The notes beneath the pieces were generated by a model, which did not search any database, was not told the DNA's origin, and worked only from the letters and a program-made list of their open reading frames with translations. From contig NIVC01001918.1 of the NCBI GenBank assembly GCA_002269645.1, positions 1-64,000 on the forward strand: a stretch of 64,000 nt of DNA, given 5' to 3'. A program made the position numbers and the translations under genes. The first letter of the stretch is position 1. Each line of letters begins with the position of its first letter. This DNA is from Macrostomum lignano. Taxonomy: Eukaryota. This document shows, one piece after another, positions 23,991-35,508 of this stretch.

Positions 23991-24182
23991 TTATTCTTAC
24001 TGTCTGCCTGTCCGTAGGTCTGTATCTAATTCTTCCCAGTTTGTCAGTGTTAGGTGGTAGAAATTTTTCATGCATGATTGACTCAGTATTAGCAGGCGGC
24101 TATAGAGCAGATCACATGAGAGTCACGTCTTCCTATCAAAAGACAATCAAAAAGTCCCATCCCCGACCCTGCTTTTGCCCTG

Positions 24183-27031
24183 ATGTTGGCCGAAGCCGCG
24201 GCCAGCCAGCCAGCTGAGGAGCTGCTGGATCCGCACGAGTTAACATCGGTGCCGCGCCAGAGTCTGCAACGCTGGCTAGCCAAATCGTTACGCGGCCAAG
24301 TTCGCTGCGGCCCTCCCAGCCTGTCAAATCTGGCTCAGTACCCGCTGCCTTATCGAGCTATCGCTGCTCATTTAGCCGCTACCGATGGCAAAGCCGAATG
24401 GCAAACTGATGCGCACAATGCTATTGTACCTCTGGGCGATCTGTGCATTGGCCTAGTCTGCGACATCTGCCTAGCTTGCGTTAGTACCTTTGCCCGACCC
24501 TGCTGCGCTAAAATCTACTGCGCCAGATGCTTAACAGCCTACGCATTGGAGACCATGCGGCAGGCTCAAACTACCGTTGGCTGTCCCAATCTGCTGTGCG
24601 ACAAGATCATGCCGCAGGCAGAGGTCATGTGCCGTCTGCCATCCGATGAGCGCTGGCGTTATCAAAGATTTCTAGATAACTCTAGGGCTAATGGCCCGTT
24701 GCGTAAGACTTGCCCAGGCTGCGCCTGCCCAACTGAACTGTCTGCTAAGGCCTGGCGCCGTCCGCTCCAGGTATGTCTCTTTGTGCCATGGTCTGTGCTT
24801 CTTCTCCCATGTGATGCGTCTTCTCTGCAGATGCCTTCCTGTCCCATATGATGTGTCTCCTCTGATGCCTGTCTGTCCCATATGATGTGTCTCCTCCGAT
24901 GCCTTCCTGTCCCATATGATGTGTCTCCTCCGATGCCTTCCTGTCCCATATGATGTGTCTCCTCCGATGCCTATCTGTCCCATATGATGTGTCTCCTCCG
25001 ATGCCTTCCTGTCCCATATGATGTCTCCTCCGATGCCTCCCTGTCCCATATGATGTGTCTCCTCCGATGCCTGTCTGTCCCATATGATGTGTCTCCTCTG
25101 CAGATGCCTCCCTGTCCCATATGATGTGTCTCCTCCGATGCCTTCCTGTCCCATATGATGTGTCTCCTCCGATGCCTGTCTGTCCCATATGATGTGTCTC
25201 CTCCGATGCCTGTCTGTCCCATATGATGTGTCTCCTCCGATGCCTTCCTGTCCCATATGATGTGTCTCCTCCGATGCCTGTCTGTCCCATATGATGTGTC
25301 TCCTCCGATGCCTTCCTGTCCCATATGATGTGTCTCCTCCGATGCCTTCCTGTCCCATATGATGTGTCTCCTCCGATGCCTTCCTGTCCCATATGATGTG
25401 TCTCCTCCGATGCCTTCCTGTCCTATATGATGTGTCTCCTCCGATGCCTTCCTGTCCCATATGATGTGTCTCCTCCGATGCCTTCCTGTCCCATATGATG
25501 TGTCTCCTCCGATGCCTTTCTGTCCCATATGATGTGTCTCCTCCGATGCCTTCCTGTCCCATATGATGTGTCTCCTCCGATGCCTTCCTGTCCCATATGA
25601 TGTGTCTCCTCCGATGCCTTTCTGTCCCATATGATGTGTCTCCTCCGATGCCTTCCTGTCCCATATGATGTGTCTCCTCCGATGCCTTCCTGTCCCATAT
25701 GATGTGTCTCCTCCGATGCCTTCCTGTCCCATATGATGTGTCTCCTCCGATGCCTGTCTGTCCCATATGATGTGTCTCCTCTGATGCCTGTCTGTCCCAT
25801 ATGATGTGTCTCCTCCGATGCCTTCCTGTCCCATATGATGTGTCTCCTCCGATGCCTGTCTGTCCCATATGATGTGTCTCCTCCGATGCCTTCCTGTCCC
25901 ATATGATGTGTCTCCTCCGATGCCTTTCTGTCCCATATGATGTGTCTCCTCTGATGCCTTCCTGTCCCATATGATGTGTCTCCTCTGCAGATGCCTGTCT
26001 GTCCCATATGATGTGTCTCCTCCGATGCCTGTCTGTCCCATATGATGTGTCTCCTCCAATGCCTCCCTGTCCCATATGATGTGTCTCCTCTGCAGATGCC
26101 TCCCTGTCCCATATGATGTGTCTCCTCTGCAGATGCCTCCCTGTCCCATATGATGTGTCTCCTCCAATGCCTCCCTGTCCTGTGTGGCTTCTAAAGTTGT
26201 GATCAAAAGTAAGAGCCTTTCAAACCAACCTCCCAGGTGGAATGCTCCTCCTGCGGCCTAGTCTGGTGCTTCCCCTGCCACGCGCCAATGCACCGAGGCG
26301 TCACCTGTCGGCAGTTTCGCGCCAGCGACCAAGAACTGCTGGCCTGGTCAAAGCGCTGCGACGCCGCTCAGGGTGCGCAGAGGAACGCGCGTCAGTGCCC
26401 CGGCTGCGGAGCCTACATACAGAAGAGCCAGGGCTGCGACTCCATGACATGTTCTCAGTGCGGCACCAGATTTTGCTACCTGTGCGGCCAGCGCTACGCC
26501 CGCTGCCCGCTGCTTGGCTCGCACAAATCCCGCATGTCGGTGATGGGCTGTCGCTACAACCTGCTGCCGGATCGGCCACATCTGCGCCGCTTTGTCCGCG
26601 GCTGCGTGCTGGCCGTCCAGCTGATCGCCGCACCGGCGCTGCTGGTCCTCGGCCTCGGCACCGCCCTGGTCGGCTCCGGCGTGCTTGCCGCCTACGCCGC
26701 TTTCACCGCTCTGTGTCGGCGACGGCTTCGTCGGGCACTTCGACGGAAGGCGCAACTGTCGCGCGATGCTTTCTGCGTACGCGCGGCCGCAGCTGCCGCA
26801 GCCGCTGATGCCTATTCCGTATCGACAACAACTGCCGAACGACGCGTCACCATCGTCTCCGGCAACTCGCCAGCAGCAGCAACTGACGGCTCCTCGTCGC
26901 CAGCAACAATGGCTCAGTACTATTGTTGCGTCACCACCGTGATGCTGCACGAGGATGACGATAGCGACTTTGACGATGGCACGATTGTGCCCGAGTGGCT
27001 CTTTGCCAAGAGCCCCGTGGCTGAGAGCTGA
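24183..27031 (+). CDS. RNF217: RBR (RING1-IBR-RING2) E3 ubiquitin ligase with C-terminal transmembrane anchor, RNF217-like
   Basis: Exons 24183-24770 and 26237-27031 (phase 0, CAG|GTATGT..CCAG|GTG). RING1 CDIC..CC..YCARC..CP..LC; IBR CPGC..CSSC..WCFPCHAPMH..C; RING2 CPGC..IQKSQGCDSMTCSQC..FCYLC, followed by GCRYNLLPDRPHLRRFVRG and a TM helix, matching the RNF217 C-terminal signature. Confidence 0.88.
24808..26180. repeat. 34-bp minisatellite filling the RNF217 intron (~40 copies)
   Basis: Unit CCATATGATGTGTCTCCTCCGATGCCTTCCTGTC; 34-aa (3-unit) periodicity in the ORF track. Confidence 0.97.
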
Positions 27032-27036
27032 GATTT

Positions 27037-27310
27037 TGGGGTTCGGGCTTGCGTGATAAGCGGCCAACCCCCCATTGGGGTTCGGGCTTGTGTGATAAGC
27101 GGCCAACCCCCCCATTGGGGTTCGGGCTTGTGTGATAAGCGGCCAACCCCCCCATTGGGGTTCGGGCTTGTGTGATAAGGGGCCAACCCCCCATTGTGGT
27201 TTCGGGCTTGTGTGATAAGAGGCCAACCCCCCCATTGGGGTTCGGGCTTGTGTGATAAGAGGCCAACCCCCCCCATTGGGGTTCGGGCTTGTGTGATAAG
27301 GGGCCAACCC
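27037..27310. repeat. ~40-bp self-complementary tandem repeat (7 copies) immediately after the RNF217 stop codon
   Basis: Unit GGGGTTCGGGCTTGTGTGATAAGCGGCCAACCCCCCATT starting about 5 nt after TGA (27029-27031). Confidence 0.95.
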
Positions 27311-28219
27311 ACTCCCTTCAGGCTTAAACTGTTCGCCCTGTGTGAACGGCTGCCTACGTACGTATCCGGTCTTTATAGCCTACGCCTTGAGTTTATTGCG
27401 GCGGTGCAAAACATGGTGTTAGTAACCTATTGTATTGTAGCAGTAGTCCTATTAGTAGCATTAGTTTAGCAGTATTGGTACTTTTTTGGCTGATGAATAT
27501 TTTAAATTGAAGGACGGTCTACAACTTATAGCATTCATTTGTCTAACTGATTATTTGTGCACTGGTTTTACACCTGTTTATTATCTAGTCTATAGTCCTA
27601 CTCAGTTGAGTAGCGTCTTATGCGCAATACTTCTATGTTTATAAGCATATATTTATGTCGTCTGTTCGTGTACGCGGGGGGCACCCCCGCGTTATTTTTT
27701 TCAAAGCATTTCATTGATAAAACTTCTACTATTTTTCTAATCTCGTTGATGCAGATATTCTACTGATCAGTTCTGCTATATTATTGAGTACTATATTATG
27801 CACATGCTTCCGGTTTGTTAAATTTTTGTGCACTAGCCGTGTGTAGTGTTGTCCTGTATAACTAGGCTCTGTTCGTCTTTCACGCTTTTAATAATAACGC
27901 GTGTTGCGAATGCTCAGCTGTTAGGGGTCGCTCGTGTCATTCTCTGATAGATTTTACATCCCCATTTTTCTCTATCCTATACTGGTCGACTAAAATTAAA
28001 ATTGTATTTCGCTATTTAAAAGATTTTCTGTTAGATTCTATCAGCGCTTTATAAGATCAAAAGGTTTTACGGATCTGTATCTGTGCAAACCTTATTGTTA
28101 AATTATTATCTATAAAATTGTTTGTTATAATCTGCTTTTATTGTCCAGCCTCTTTAGTTTTTTATATTTTCTTTATACGGCACAGCTAGATATAGCATTG
28201 GGGGTTTAGCGTTACCTTG

Positions 28220-28560
28220 AACACTAATGAACGACTCAAACGACTGTTGAGTCACGAGCGCATCACGTGAGTTGCAGAACCGTAGGAGTCGCCAAAAAGT
28301 CGTTCAAAAGTCGTTGTGTTAGCGCTCAACTTTCTACTGACTCAAGTAGACTAAATAGAGTTGTTAGTATAAATTCGAAATGCGATTCTAATTCATAAAG
28401 CGACTTGTGCCGTGACATCTTGTCGTTTTAGAGTCGCTTTCCTATTTTGTCTGTGTTACCTGCAACAACTCTGGGACGCTGCTTGGTCTGTGCACCGTTT
28501 TCATCGGGCCAGACTTCGAGCTCTGCTTTAAGTCTCCGTTAAGATCAGATAACGCGGTAC
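28220..28560. repeat. Dispersed GACTC/GAGTC-rich repeat (family B), uninterrupted copy
   Basis: Alignable by eye with 14890-15070 plus 15655-15930. Confidence 0.6.
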
Positions 28561-28649
28561 TAACCGCAGCTAGAACTCTGCTTAACTGGGCTACTGATAA
28601 GTAGCAATATAAGGAAGAATAGGGCTTAGGTTGTTTAGTTGGGAGTGGG

Positions 28650-28825
28650 GGTTGCCACAGGTCCTCAATTACCCCACCAGCTAATGCTGGCACCCATTTT
28701 ACAGCTGGGTGACCTGAAGCAACTGCAGAGTTAAGTGTCTTGCGCAAGGACACAAATTGTTCTGTGTGGGTAGAGAATCGAACTCCCGACCTTTCAGTCG
28801 TAAGTCCGACGCTCTGACCACAGTT
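28650..28825 (-). mobile_element. tRNA-derived SINE (family C, CORE-like central domain), 5'-truncated copy
   Basis: Reverse complement GTGGTCAGAGCGTCGGACTTACGACTGAAAGGTCGGGAGTTCGATTC (B box), then TGTGTCCTTGCGCAAGACACTTAACTCTGC..CACCCAGCTGTAAAATGGGTGCCAGCATTAGCTGG; matches 33839-34025. Confidence 0.85.
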
Positions 28826-28915
28826 AGTTAGTTTAAACTAACTGCTACAGTTAGTTTAAACACTCCTATATATTCTACACTATTGATCATTTCTGCCAGG
28901 TGTTCAATCTTGCAA

Positions 28916-29923
28916 ATGTGCGAACACGAAGACTTGGAATTTGCCCAGCCTGTCCCGGACAGGTTAAAGTGTCCGGTTTGTCTGGGCCATCTACGATCAG
29001 CTTTGCAGACCTGCTGCGGCCATCGGTTCTGTCACAGCTGCTTCTATTCGGCCACGGCTGGCGGCGGCCCCGGGCCCTACCGGCCAACCTGCCCGCTGTG
29101 CCGGTCGCCCATCGGCGAGGGCGCCCACGCCAACCCGGCCGCCGTCCAGGGAGCCGGCGTGTTCAGCGATTTGGCTACCGATCGCGAGGTCCAACAGCTG
29201 CTTGTGCACTGTCCGAGGTGTCGGACCCATTGCGAGCTGGGCACTCTGGCCGCTCACCTGGCCGCTCACCTGACCGCTTCGGACGACTCTTCGACTGACG
29301 GAGCCGCCGCCAACGCGGAGAAATCCGCCGCCGCCGCTGCTGCCGCCTGTCAGTGCGCCGAGGCTTCGGCCTCAGTCGCCTGTCCGTTCTGCCAGCACAG
29401 CACAGCCTATAGGCAGCTCAATTTTCATTTGCTATTTGGCTGTCCGGCTTTCCCTCTGCCCTGTCCGAACCGGTGCGGCCTAGTCCTGGCCGGGCCACAG
29501 CGCCTGCAGGACCACCTTGAGAAGGCCTGCCCGCTGTCTCTGCTGCTCTGCCCGTTCAATAAGTTCGGCTGCCCGGCCGCTAGCCGCCTTCGCCGCGAGC
29601 TCAGCCGCCACGTGGCCGAGGCGCATAATTATCACCTGCAGCTGCTGTGGCAGCAGATGTACCCGGTGCAGCTGGTGCAGCAGCCGGACAAACTGCTGGT
29701 CGGCCCGCTGCCTGCCGCCGCTGCTGGCGGCCAGCCAGCCCTGCTGGCCATGCCGTTCGCCACCGCTGCCGCCCTGCGCCCCATGTACCCGGCTGCCGCG
29801 GCCCCCGAGCAGCAGCAACACCACCAGCTGGGTCAGCAGCCGCAGCATCATCAGCACCAGCACCAGCCGCATCATCAGCTGGCTCAGCAGCAGCCGCAGC
29901 CGCAGCATCATCATCATCAGCTG

Positions 29924-29954
<31 letters not shown>

Positions 29955-30043
29955 AGCAGCATCAGCAACATCAGCAGCAGATGGCAGCCGCAGCTGCCGC
30001 CGCCGCCGCCGCAGCCGCCGCTTACCGAGTTCGTCGCCACTGA
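28916..30043 (+). CDS. TRAF-like RING + TRAF zinc-finger protein lacking MATH domain, with Q/H/A-rich tail (intronless CDS)
   Basis: RING CPVC..L..ALQTCCGHRFCHSC..CPLC, zinc fingers CPRCRTHC..H and CPNRCG..LQDHLEKACP..LCPFNKFGC..H..HLQLL, then polyQ/H and polyA to the stop. ATG at 28916 lies 16 nt after the splice acceptor TTTCTGCCAG. Confidence 0.85.
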
Positions 30044-31600
30044 AAGAAAAAATCGAAAAGGACAAAGAAAAATGGCACTAATAATCCGCGACATAGGAGA
30101 GTCGCTTCGCCTCTTCGGGATTGTCTTTTTTCGGGATAGGACTGGCCCCCTATTAATTTGTCTCCCTTAGCTGCTTACCTATGATCCAGCAATAGCGTAT
30201 ATTTATTTCTAAGCTTTCTTTTGTCTATATTAAGCTGTTTCTATAGCTGTCCCTTTATTAATACAGCATGTCCGTCTGTCTGTGCTTTAGTGTCTTCCGT
30301 GCCACCCCTTAATTATTTATTGTTTTCTCCCTCAATAAAATATTAATAAATATTCCCGCACGTCGCTTAGGACCTGTCAAGTTTAGTAGTTTAATGTATT
30401 ATTTATAACCGTTTTGTTATTGTCATTTTCTTAATTAATAATTACTATGTTAATTAGGTTCAGTTGGGATCGGGTTTGTCCTGTTTGATTGATTTTCTCC
30501 ACCTTAAAGTAACCATCTTATTAAAAATCAATTAATTTTAACTATCTTCTTTATCAGAAGCAACACACAGTACTGGTAATGCGTTCACTTAACACTTTAT
30601 GTAATCTAAGCTGTCCGTCTCTGCTGTATATTTTGTTGAGTAAACTGTGCGCTTCTTTTAGCCAGCCTGCGTTGCCTCGCCAGCAAAGTTTTTTCAATTA
30701 ATATTTATTTACTTTTTTGATTATTAATATTAAGTCCTAGCTTTGCTCGTACTGTGCGTTCAGTTCTTGTATAATCAGTTTAATATTTTCTTTTCGTTGT
30801 GGCCGATTCGTTTGTAATATGGGAATTATATATATGATGCTGAGTTAATCAATAGCCTACAGCACTAACTGTCAATAAGTAGTATAGCTCTAGCAGTAGT
30901 GTATGCGGTAGCTGCTTGTTATTAACAGAAAAAATTCTAAATAATTTCACTCTAGTTTGAGAAGTTTTCTTTCGATTTTTGTGCGCTTTTAATTTTGTTG
31001 TCAAATGTCGCAGTTGATTTTTTTTGTCTCGGTTTCCGTGTGTCAACTCTCTTTTATTATTTATAATCAGCTTTGTAATATTGATTGAATAATTATTTCT
31101 TTGTATTATCGGCAGTGTTTTACCTGTTTCTAATGGCAACCTTGTTTATCTATTGGCATCCACGCGAAAAACACAATTGGTTAAACCAGCAGTTAGTTGC
31201 ACATGAAATTATTAATGTAGCGTTAAGGTGGAATTCTTTAGTTCAGTGCTGCTTAACAACTCCATATTATCATTCTCCCTTCTGTTTGTCTGTCTATCTA
31301 TGTCTCGTTTTCTGTGCATTTATCATTTAATATTTTAGTAAACTCTTTTCGTGTATATTATTTGTAAATTTAATTGTTTCTTGGTACGCGTAGCTTTTTT
31401 ACTCTCACAATACTACTCGTATAATCTTAAGTAGTCCGTTCGTGTAGTTCGGTAACCTGGGGCCAATCTAATAGAGATCTCGAAGCGCGAATTGTAAGTT
31501 TAAAAAAATAGAGAACTAAACTATTGTTATAGTCCAGCGGCCTAGCAAGTAAGTGTCTGCCACATTTTTCTTACGAGCGTAAGTTAAGTAATTAACACTA

Positions 31601-32460
31601 CCCTCATGCCCCATTCCTCTTTCCTTCCCCGCATACTATTTTACCGTTTTTAACTAGCTTCCAAACCTCCTTTGGCGCTGGTGAGGGGTTGCGTTTTATC
31701 GATTTAATGGCCATCCCTCAGCCCCCATTCCTCTTCCTTCCCCATATACTAGTTAGTCGCTGTTCACTAGCTTCCAACCCTCCTTTGGCGCTGGGGCGTT
31801 GAGGTTTATCGATTTAATGGCCATCCCTCAGCCCCCATTCCTCTTTCCTTCCCCACGTACTAATTTATCGCTGTTGACTAGCTTCAAACCCTCCTTTGGC
31901 GCTGGTGGGGGGTAAGGGTTGAGGCTTTTCTATTTTATGGCCATCCCTCAGCCCCCATTCCGCTTTCCTTCCCCATGTACTAACTTATCGCTGTTGACTA
32001 GCTTCAAACCCTCCTTTGGCGCTGGTGGGGGGGGGTGAGGGTTGAGGTTTTTCTATTTTATGGCCATCCCTCAACCCCCATTCCTCTTTCGTTCCCCGCA
32101 TACTCGTTTATTGCTGTTGACTAGCTTCAAACCCTCCTTTGGCGCTGGTGGGGGGGGGGTTTGAGGGTTGAGGTTTCTCTATTTTATGGCCATCCCTCAA
32201 CCCCGATTCCTCTTTCGTTCCCGCGACTTGTTTATCGCTGTTGACTAGCGTCCAAACCTCCTTTGGCGCTGGTGAGGGGTTGAGGTTTATCGATTTTATG
32301 ACCATCCCTCAGCCCCCATTCCGCTTTCCTTCCCCGTATACTATTTTAACGCTGTTGACTAGCTTCCTTTGGCCTGGAGGGAGTTGAGGTTTATCGATTA
32401 TATGGCCATCCCTCAAGCTCTCAAACCCTTGGCCATTCCTCTTTCCTTTTCCCGCACACT
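31601..32460. repeat. Tandem array of ~105-125-bp units (7 full + 1 partial) with internal complementarity
   Basis: Units start at 31601, 31715, 31825, 31945, 32068, 32194, 32306 and 32410. Conserved blocks: CCCTCAGCCCCCATTCC, GACTAGCTT, CCTCCTTTGGCGCTGG, GGGTTGAGG, ATGGCCAT. Confidence 0.95.
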
Positions 32461-33838
32461 TTATAGCGCAGAGTGAGCCGCAATTCGCTTGCCAAAGGGG
32501 TCTGGTCTGTTTATTAGAAAGCGCACTCCATCACAGACTTGTAACTCGTCTTCTGATCGCTGCACAATATCGTATTTAGTCTACCTTTTGATCTCTTTAG
32601 AATAATTTACTGTTGTTTTTGTTAACTGTTTTTTCTCTTTCATTTACTTGTACGCGCAATTTGTGTAGCCTTCTCTGCCTCGGTTTTACCTTGCACTTTA
32701 TATGTTTAAATTGGCATCACAGTGCTTCTTTGTGGTCCTTAATTCGCTACGCAGTAGATTTGAAGAGAGATTAATGTGTGAAACCATTTTGTCAATACGC
32801 TTTTCTGGCCTAATTATGAATCAGTTTGGAATAAGTAACTTTTCCATATTGCTGTGTTAGTATTTTTCCGCTTTAATTTTTTTACATTATCTATTTTATA
32901 TCTTTTGTCCTCCAATTCCTGCTCTTCTATTGTTTCCTGGTTGTGTCCGCGCGCGTATTCGTCTCTGTAATTGCCTTAGCTTTGAGAAAGTTAATAGACA
33001 ACCAAAAATATGGAATATTTGTGTTCCTCATTTTCTAAGCTTATGAAAGCCTGTCTCCAATTAATAGTTTTTGTATATCCTCGTGTCTCACAATCCGCCA
33101 CGACCCGGAATCAATAATTAGTTAATATTTATAAACCAGATGACGCGGCCTGCACTATGTTATTATATTACTATTACTATTATTATCGTATTTGCTTTTG
33201 TATAAGTCTGTTTTTGCTTCAGGTACGCTTTTCTTCTGCTGTATTGCTATATATCAATATTTGTAGTACGTTCGTAGTGTTTGTGCAAACCTTATTTTGG
33301 TGTGAAGAAACGTTTTTTAAAAACATTTTTTTATAAATTGGACTTAGCAGACAAGGAAGAGGGAGTGCCGCGTTCTCTGCTCGGTTTCTGCAGTCTTCTA
33401 AGCCGGCTGTCGTTAACGGTTTTTATCTAGATAGTCGTGTACTGTCGCGCTATAGATTTACAATTATTAATATTTCGTTATTCGCGTGTGCTTTTTCTTT
33501 ATTTCTCTCTCGGGTAGACCTCTCTTTCCAAATCACTTTTAGTAAGGCACATTTGTTTCCTGCTCATCATACAGCTGCGCTATCCCGTCTCTTACCTTTT
33601 TTAAAAATAAATATATACGTTATTTAGTGCTTGAATATAAGTGTCACTAATACTAGAACGCTTTTGGTTTGTGTTACTATACGCATACACTTCTATATGT
33701 TATAAAAAAACTGCATCTGTGGGCCAAGTTTGTGTTTGTTTGCTTTTTTTTAAACTCGAGCTACACGAAGTTTAGGTTGCTTCAGTTGGTTGGCATTGGC
33801 ACAGAAGAGTAGCTTGTGCATTGCAGGGGACAGAGCTA

Positions 33839-34025
33839 GGGGGTTGTAGTCTAGTGGTTAGAGCGTCGAACTCACGACTTGAAGGTCGGGGTTCGATTTC
33901 CGATTCCACTGGAACTATTTGTGTCCTTGAGCAAGACATTTAACTCTGCATTGCTTCAGTTCACCCAGCTGTAAAATGGGTGCCAGCATTAGCTGGGATA
34001 ATTGAGTGTGTGTGGCGACCCCCCA
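33839..34025 (+). mobile_element. tRNA-derived SINE (family C, CORE-like central domain)
   Basis: Pol III A box TAGTCTAGTGG (33847) and B box GGTTCGATTTC (33890), no proper acceptor stem, then TGTGTCCTTGAGCAAGACATTTAACTC..CAGCTGTAAAATGGG resembling the MIR/CORE domain. Second copy at 28650-28825. Confidence 0.85.
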
Positions 34026-34476
34026 GTCCTTGGACTGAACAGCCGTACGCAGCCTTCAGATACGCCGCGCAATAGCTGCGGCTGAGCTGTCGGTTGCACA
34101 GCACATCTGGCCCAATCGTAATAATCCGTCCAACCTTCGCACACCGCCCCCCCCCCCATTTCATTCCTAAACTCAATAGTCTACCGCGGCGTAGCTAAGT
34201 TGCGTCACTCGCTAAGATTGAGAGACTTTACACCTGCACTCTCAAAAATGGCGACCACAGACGGAATCTTCCGTGATGGCGACTTTTCGATGTTGCTGAG
34301 TACATGTATTTGCTCAGGAGTCAGCGGAATGGGCAGAATTGCCTCAAAATTTGTCCGGTGGTCGTTTAAAACGTGGAAATTACATTGGATTTCTAATTAG
34401 GGATTATAATACCTGGATATCAGAGGATCTGATTTCTAATAATATTCTAGAATATTCTAATTAATATTCTAATTAT

Positions 34477-34529
34477 ATTATCTCTAATATCCAATTAAAG
34501 AGGATCTTTAATTGGATATTAGAGATAAT
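34477..34529. other. Perfect 25-bp inverted repeat (hairpin/cruciform) with GGA loop
   Basis: ATTATCTCTAATATCCAATTAAAGA-GGA-TCTTTAATTGGATATTAGAGATAAT. Confidence 0.95.
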
Positions 34530-35508
34530 GATGAATGAGTTTCCACAATGTAAAATTTCGTCGTTATGGCGTTACCGCTATTCGACGATGCGAAGTCCTA
34601 GAAGTTTTAAAAGCGACTGATCCCGGATAAATGCGCTCGTACCCTTGCTAAGCCAGTTATCTGTAGTTTCAGAATCGCACATGCCTGCGAAGAAAGTCTG
34701 CACTGTGAGACTACAAAATCCCCACTGCTAACCTCAGCAGCCCGCTGATCTTTTTGGGAACGCGCGTTGGCACAGAAGACTGAGTCTGCTCTAATTGGGA
34801 ATAGGTTTGTTGCGGAAGCCAGCCCAGTGAGCTTTCGCTTGACTGAACTGCTACTTTCTCCCCGCGTCGCTGCACTTGGCACGAAGCTCCTCGCGGCCCG
34901 CCTTCCGGCTGTGACATTTTTGCCTCCTCGCTGCGTCTCCCTCCCCATTGACTCTTGTCTGAGCTTCTCTTAATGGCAAGTTAGAACTCATCGATGCGAG
35001 AAAAATGTCGGCTGCGCACTTAAGCACGACCTAATGATGAAGAATTGCTGAAATGATTGGATCGGGAGGCAAGATCTAGAAGTCCCAATAAAGTGCCGAA
35101 TTAGGCAGCTCATCTGCCATGTCTCCGCTCAGCTGCCACCATAGAAAGTTTCTAAACTTTGCTAGTATGCAGGAGGCCTTGTACCTTTCCTATGTCTAGA
35201 ATCGAGCTGTGGTTTACAGCCATCGATCACCAGCGCGGTTTGTTGACCATTCAGCATTAGTCTATCCCCAAACAGAATAACCAATCGCTCAGTTTCTGTG
35301 CATGGGCCAGCAGGGAGAACTGGTGCTTTCCTTACTAGACCACCCGTGAGAATTTACTCTTTCCTCAAGGAACACCCGTTGGTCAATTCGTCCTATTGGT
35401 CCGCGAGTTCTTGACCTAGGTGATGAGGAATTTTATATCAAGGTTTAATTTCAACTGAAACTAGCAAACAGTATGCTGCATTCTGACTAGCTACTCTGAC
35501 GAGCTAAA

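Noticed and set aside
30050-33800. T-rich region as a mitochondrial insertion or viral DNA
   Set aside because: No recognisable mitochondrial or viral protein or rRNA motifs; ORFs are short and merely hydrophobic from T bias.
33839-33912. Genuine tRNA gene (also 28750-28825 and 36380-36435)
   Set aside because: A/B boxes are present, but acceptor and anticodon stems do not pair well, the anticodon differs between copies, and a shared non-tRNA body follows: SINE heads.
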